From: Myxococcota bacterium
GTDB lineage: Bacteria; Myxococcota_A; UBA9160; JAFDDA01
DNA: 64,000 bases
NCBI GenBank assembly: GCA_965228475.1
Contig: OZ245817.1
Span: forward strand, 1,600,001 to 1,664,000
Reading direction: 5' to 3'
Below, one piece after another: positions 60,053-64,000 of this stretch. The notes under the pieces were generated by a model, which saw only the letters and a list, made by a program, of their open reading frames with translations, was not told the origin of the DNA and made no database searches. Numbering within the stretch: position 1 is the first letter of the stretch; each line of letters starts with the position of its first letter. The translations under genes and the position numbers were made by a program.

Positions 60053-60580
60053 CTGTCTCCCCGGGTCGTCATCGCGGCCTTCCTGCTGGTGCTCGGGGGA
60101 ATCGGCCTGCTGCTGCTCGACGGCAGCGGTGCCGAGCCGATCGAACGCGGCAGCCCCGCGCCGGCCTTCGAGCTGCCGGCCCTCGAAGGCGAGCCCGTCT
60201 CCCTGGGCGCCTACGCGGGCCGCGTCGTGCTGGTGAACTTCTGGGCGACCTGGTGCAAGCCCTGCGAGGAGGAGATGCCCGCCATGGAGCGTCTCTACCA
60301 GGCGCACCGCGAAGCGGGCTTCGAGCTCCTGGCCATTGCGGTGGGTGAACCCGAGGAGGTGGTCCGGCCCTTTCGCGACCGGTTGGGCCTGACCTTCCCG
60401 GTGCTGCTCGACGAGGACAAGCGGGTCTCGCTCTCCTACCAGACCTTCCGCTTTCCCGAGAGCTACCTGATCGGGCCCGATGGCCGGGTCGTCGAGCGCT
60501 ACGTGGGGCCCCGGGTGTGGGATTCCACGGCCTACGTCGAGCGGGTCGGGCGCCTGATCGCCGAGGGCGACATTCGTTAG
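60053..60580 (+). CDS. TlpA/ResA-like thiol-disulfide oxidoreductase
   Basis: VNFWATWCKPCEEEMP plus an N-terminal TM anchor. Start is uncertain (CTG 60053 versus GTG 60089). Confidence 0.88.
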   Translation: MSPRVVIAAFLLVLGGIGLLLLDGSGAEPIERGSPAPAFELPALEGEPVSLGAYAGRVVLVNFWATWCKPCEEEMPAMERLYQAHREAGFELLAIAVGEPEEVVRPFRDRLGLTFPVLLDEDKRVSLSYQTFRFPESYLIGPDGRVVERYVGPRVWDSTAYVERVGRLIAEGDIR

Positions 60581-60641
60581 AGTCCGGGTTCGGGCGGCCT
60601 TCGCGGGCTGCCCCGAGGGCCGCACACGGGGGGTGGTGGCG

Positions 60642-60944
60642 GTGAAGCGCTTCTGGCTGGCTCCGGCGATGCTCGCCGCGGCCGTCGTCTATGCCGGGTT
60701 CGACTCGGAATCGGGTCTGCGGACCTGGTGGGAGCTCCGCGGGGCTCTCGCCGAGGCCCGTGGCCGGATCGAGGACCGCCAGCGCGAGATGGCGGCCCTG
60801 GACGCGGCGGCTCGCGAGCTCGACGGGGAGGGCGATTCCTTCGCGATGGAGGAGGCCATCCGTGTCGATCTCGGCCTGTCCCGGCCGGACGAGACGATCG
60901 TACTGTTCGACGACCCCCCGGGCCCAAGTGGCCGGAATCCTTGA
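60642..60944 (+). CDS. Septum formation initiator (FtsB/DivIC-like)
   Basis: TM segment, coiled coil and EEAIRVDLGLSRPDE motif. Start may be 60633. Confidence 0.78.
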   Translation: MKRFWLAPAMLAAAVVYAGFDSESGLRTWWELRGALAEARGRIEDRQREMAALDAAARELDGEGDSFAMEEAIRVDLGLSRPDETIVLFDDPPGPSGRNP

Positions 60945-60977
60945 CCGAAACCCAGACCCGGACGATTCTCACACACC

Positions 60978-62723
60978 GTGAAAGAAGCCTTGCTCGAGCA
61001 TGTTCGGGCCGCCGTCGGGCGGCTCGTGGCCGACGCCGCGGAAGCGGCGGGGGAGGGGGGAGATCCGCCCGCCTTCGCGCTGGACGTGCCGCGTCAGGCG
61101 GACCACGGGGACTTCGCCTGCAACGCCGCCATGGTGCTGACGAAGCGCCTGCGGCGCCCGCCGCGTGAGATCGCCCAGGAGCTGATCGACCTGCTCGGTG
61201 ACGCCGGCGGCCTGGTGGAACGCGCCGAGATCGCCGGCCCCGGCTTCGTGAACCTCTGGCTCTCGGACGCGCGCTGGCAGGGCCTTCTGCGCGAGATCCT
61301 CGAGGCCGGCCCGCGCTACGGCGCTTCGGAGGCCGGCGCCGGGCGCAAGATCCAGGTCGAGTTCGTCTCGGCCAACCCGACGGGCCCGCTCACGCTCGGC
61401 CACGGTCGCCAGGCCGTGCTGGGCGACAGCCTCGCACGGCTCTTCGCGCTCCAGGGCTGGGACGTCACCCGCGAGTACTACTTCAACAACGGCGGCCGCC
61501 AGATGCGCGTGCTCGGCCAGTCCGTGCGGGCGCGCTACCTCGAGCGGCTCGGCCGCGCTGCAGCGCCGCCCGAGTCGGCGCTGGCCGACGCCAAGGCCGA
61601 GTGGCCCGAGAGCGTCGACGGGCTGCCCGTGGCCTTCCCGCGCGACGGATACCAGGGCGGCTACATCCAGGAGATCGCCGCGCAGATCGCCGAAGCGCAC
61701 GGCGAGAGCTGGGCGGAGGACGCGGACGAGTCCCGCTTCCGCGAGGTCGCCGAAACGCGGATCTTCGCCGAGATCCGGGCGACGCTCGAGCGGCTCGGCA
61801 TCGTCTTCGACGAGTTCTACAACGAGACCACCCTCTACGACGAGGGCAAGCTCGAGGCGGCGGTGGAAGACCTGCGCGAGCGCGGGCTCGTCTACGAAGC
61901 CGACGGCGCCGTCTGGCTGCGCGCCACGGAGCTCGGCCTCGACCGCGATCGCGTGATCATCAAGAGCAGCGGAGAGCCGACCTACCTGCTGCCGGACATC
62001 GCCTACCACCGCGAGAAGTTCCGGCGCGGCTTCGACCTCGTGATCGACTGCCAGGGGGCCGACCACATCGAACAGTTCCCCTTCGTGGTGAAGGCCGCCG
62101 GCGCGCTCGGCTGCCCCGAGGACGCCATCGAGCTGGTGATGAACCAGTTCGTCACGCTCACGAGCGGCGGCGAGCAGGTCAAGCAGTCGACCCGCAAGGC
62201 GACCTACGTCACCGTGGACGAGCTGGTCGACGACGTCGGGACCGACGTCTTCCGCTTCTTCATGGTCCAGCGCAAGGCCGAGGGGCACCTCGATTTCGAC
62301 CTCGAAGTGGCCAAGGACACGGACTGGAAGAAGAACCCGGCCTACTACGTGCAATACGCCCATGCGCGCACCCACGGCGTCGAGCGCAAGGCGAAGGAGC
62401 TCGACGTCGCACTGCCCGAGCCCGCGGAGGTCGACGCTTCGCAGCTCTCGCTGCCCGAGGAGCTCGAGCTGCTGAAGAAGCTCGCCGAGTACCCGGAGGT
62501 CGTCGCGCGCGCGGCGGATCAGCGCGAACCGCATCACATGGCCTACTACCTGCGTGACCTCGCGGGCCTGTGGAACCCCTACATCCAGGACGGCACGCGC
62601 CACCGCGTGCTGTCGGACGACGCGGCCCTCACGCGGGCGCGGCTCGGCCTCGTGCTCGCCGTTCGGACCGTTCTCGCGAACGGCCTCGGCGTGCTCGGCC
62701 TCGGCGCACCGGAGCGCATGTAA
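60978..62723 (+). CDS. argS: Arginine--tRNA ligase
   Basis: [37 protein letters not shown] and APERM motifs. Confidence 0.98.
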   Translation: MKEALLEHVRAAVGRLVADAAEAAGEGGDPPAFALDVPRQADHGDFACNAAMVLTKRLRRPPREIAQELIDLLGDAGGLVERAEIAGPGFVNLWLSDARWQGLLREILEAGPRYGASEAGAGRKIQVEFVSANPTGPLTLGHGRQAVLGDSLARLFALQGWDVTREYYFNNGGRQMRVLGQSVRARYLERLGRAAAPPESALADAKAEWPESVDGLPVAFPRDGYQGGYIQEIAAQIAEAHGESWAEDADESRFREVAETRIFAEIRATLERLGIVFDEFYNETTLYDEGKLEAAVEDLRERGLVYEADGAVWLRATELGLDRDRVIIKSSGEPTYLLPDIAYHREKFRRGFDLVIDCQGADHIEQFPFVVKAAGALGCPEDAIELVMNQFVTLTSGGEQVKQSTRKATYVTVDELVDDVGTDVFRFFMVQRKAEGHLDFDLEVAKDTDWKKNPAYYVQYAHARTHGVERKAKELDVALPEPAEVDASQLSLPEELELLKKLAEYPEVVARAADQREPHHMAYYLRDLAGLWNPYIQDGTRHRVLSDDAALTRARLGLVLAVRTVLANGLGVLGLGAPERM

Positions 62724-63292
62724 TGCCGGCCGCCCGCAAGCCGAGCGCCTCCCGTCGCAACACCCGCAAGACCGCGCCCCGGCCGCGCCTCGCCCGGACC
62801 CTGTTCGCCACGGCTCTGCTCGTCGTGTTCGGCTTCGGTTTCGGCCTGGTCGCCGGTGCGCTCTGGGAGACGCCCTCGACCCTGCTCGGGCCCTTCCGGG
62901 GCGAGACCCACGTGGTGGATCTGACGGTGCTCGAGGACCCCACGGGCAGCGCCGAGCCCCTGGAAGGGGAGGGCGACGCCCCGGTCGAGCGCGTGATCGC
63001 CGAGGTCCCGGAGCCGCCGCCGGTCGCCGCGGCCCCGCCGCCGTCCTCGGGCCCCTTCGCCGTGCAGGTGGGGTCCTACGAGGAGCCCGTGCCGGCGTGG
63101 AAGCTCGCCGAGCAGCTCGGCGCCAAGGACTACGCCGTCTACGTCGACGAAGGCTCCGCGGCCGGCAAGCCCCGCTGGCGCGTGCGCGTCGGCCCGATCC
63201 CCGATCGCGACCAGGCCGAACGCGTGGCGCGACGTTTGAAGAACCAGGAGCGCTTGCCCATCTGGGTGATCGCCACGGAGCAGCGTCCGTGA
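62723..63292 (+). CDS. SPOR domain cell division protein (FtsN/DedD-like)
   Basis: Basic N-terminus, TM segment, Pro-rich linker and VQVGSY...WRVRVGP SPOR motif. TAATG coupling to argS. Confidence 0.88.
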   Translation: MPAARKPSASRRNTRKTAPRPRLARTLFATALLVVFGFGFGLVAGALWETPSTLLGPFRGETHVVDLTVLEDPTGSAEPLEGEGDAPVERVIAEVPEPPPVAAAPPPSSGPFAVQVGSYEEPVPAWKLAEQLGAKDYAVYVDEGSAAGKPRWRVRVGPIPDRDQAERVARRLKNQERLPIWVIATEQRP

Positions 63293-63323
63293 TTTCTCCG
63301 CGACGTGGGGCGAGGGCCGGGCG

Positions 63324-64000
63324 ATGAAGCTGAAACGAGTGCTGGTGACGGGGGGCGCGGGCTTCCTCGGCTCCCATCTGTGCGAGCGGCTGCTCTCCGA
63401 GGGCTGCGAGGTCATCGCCTTCGACAACCTCCTGACGGGGCGCATGGACAACATCGCCCACCTGCTCGCCGAGCCCGGCTTCACCTTCGAGCACTACGAC
63501 GTCACGAACTTCCTCTACGTGCCGGGCCCGCTCGATGCGATCCTGCACTTCGCGTCGCCCGCGAGCCCCGCGGACTTCGAGCGCCTGCCGATCCAGATCC
63601 TCAAGGTCGGTGCGCTCGGCACCCACAAGGTGCTCGGGCTGGCGCGCGCGAAGAACGCCCGCATCCTGCTCGCCAGCACCTCGGAGTGCTACGGCGACCC
63701 GTTGGTGAACCCCCAGCCCGAGACGTACTGGGGCAACGTCAACCCGATCGGCATCCGCGGCGTCTACGACGAGGCCAAGCGCTTCGCCGAGGCGATGGCC
63801 ATGGCGTACCACCGTCATCACGGCGTGGACGTCCGCATCGTGCGCATCTTCAACACCTTCGGCCCGCGCATGCAGGTCGACGACGGCCGGGCGATCCCGA
63901 ACTTCTTCAGCCAGGCCCTGCGCAACGAGGACATCACCGTCTTCGGCGACGGCAGCCAGACGCGGGCGTTCATCTACGTCGAGGACCAGATCGAAGGCCA
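63324..64000 (+). CDS. UDP-glucuronate decarboxylase-like SDR (3'-truncated)
   Basis: [36 protein letters not shown] and [10 protein letters not shown] motifs. Confidence 0.92.
   Translation, partial: MKLKRVLVTGGAGFLGSHLCERLLSEGCEVIAFDNLLTGRMDNIAHLLAEPGFTFEHYDVTNFLYVPGPLDAILHFASPASPADFERLPIQILKVGALGTHKVLGLARAKNARILLASTSECYGDPLVNPQPETYWGNVNPIGIRGVYDEAKRFAEAMAMAYHRHHGVDVRIVRIFNTFGPRMQVDDGRAIPNFFSQALRNEDITVFGDGSQTRAFIYVEDQIEG

Overview
High-GC (roughly 70% by eye) bacterial chromosome segment, probably from a Myxococcota-like/deltaproteobacterial lineage (inference from gene content and protein sequences, not a database result). 1-17.5 kb: three tightly coupled genes for large, probably extracellular proteins: a 5'-truncated RHS/YD-repeat protein with a basic, hydrophobic C-terminal cargo and no adjacent immunity gene, a 3975-aa Sec-signal multi-Ig protein, and a secreted glycine-rich protein. 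17.6-28 kb: tRNA-Cys, an accessory block (VOC, MFS, TetR, TrkH, GH15, Hsp20, GT2), tRNA-Leu(UAA), PilZ, a DUF4388-like gene and rlmB. 28.2-60 kb: the core translation/transcription supercluster (tRNA Thr-Tyr-Gly-Thr, tuf, tRNA-Trp, secE-nusG-rplKAJL-rpoBC, and the str, S10, spc and alpha operons). This cluster cleanly lacks rplC (L3), rplX (L24), rpsN (S14), infA and rpmG at their usual positions. 60-64 kb: TlpA, ftsB-like, argS, SPOR protein and a truncated UDP-glucuronate decarboxylase-like gene. The two leading candidates for novelty are the RHS/giant-Ig/Gly-rich operon and the selective removal of L3, L24, S14, IF-1 and L33 genes from the ribosomal protein cluster.
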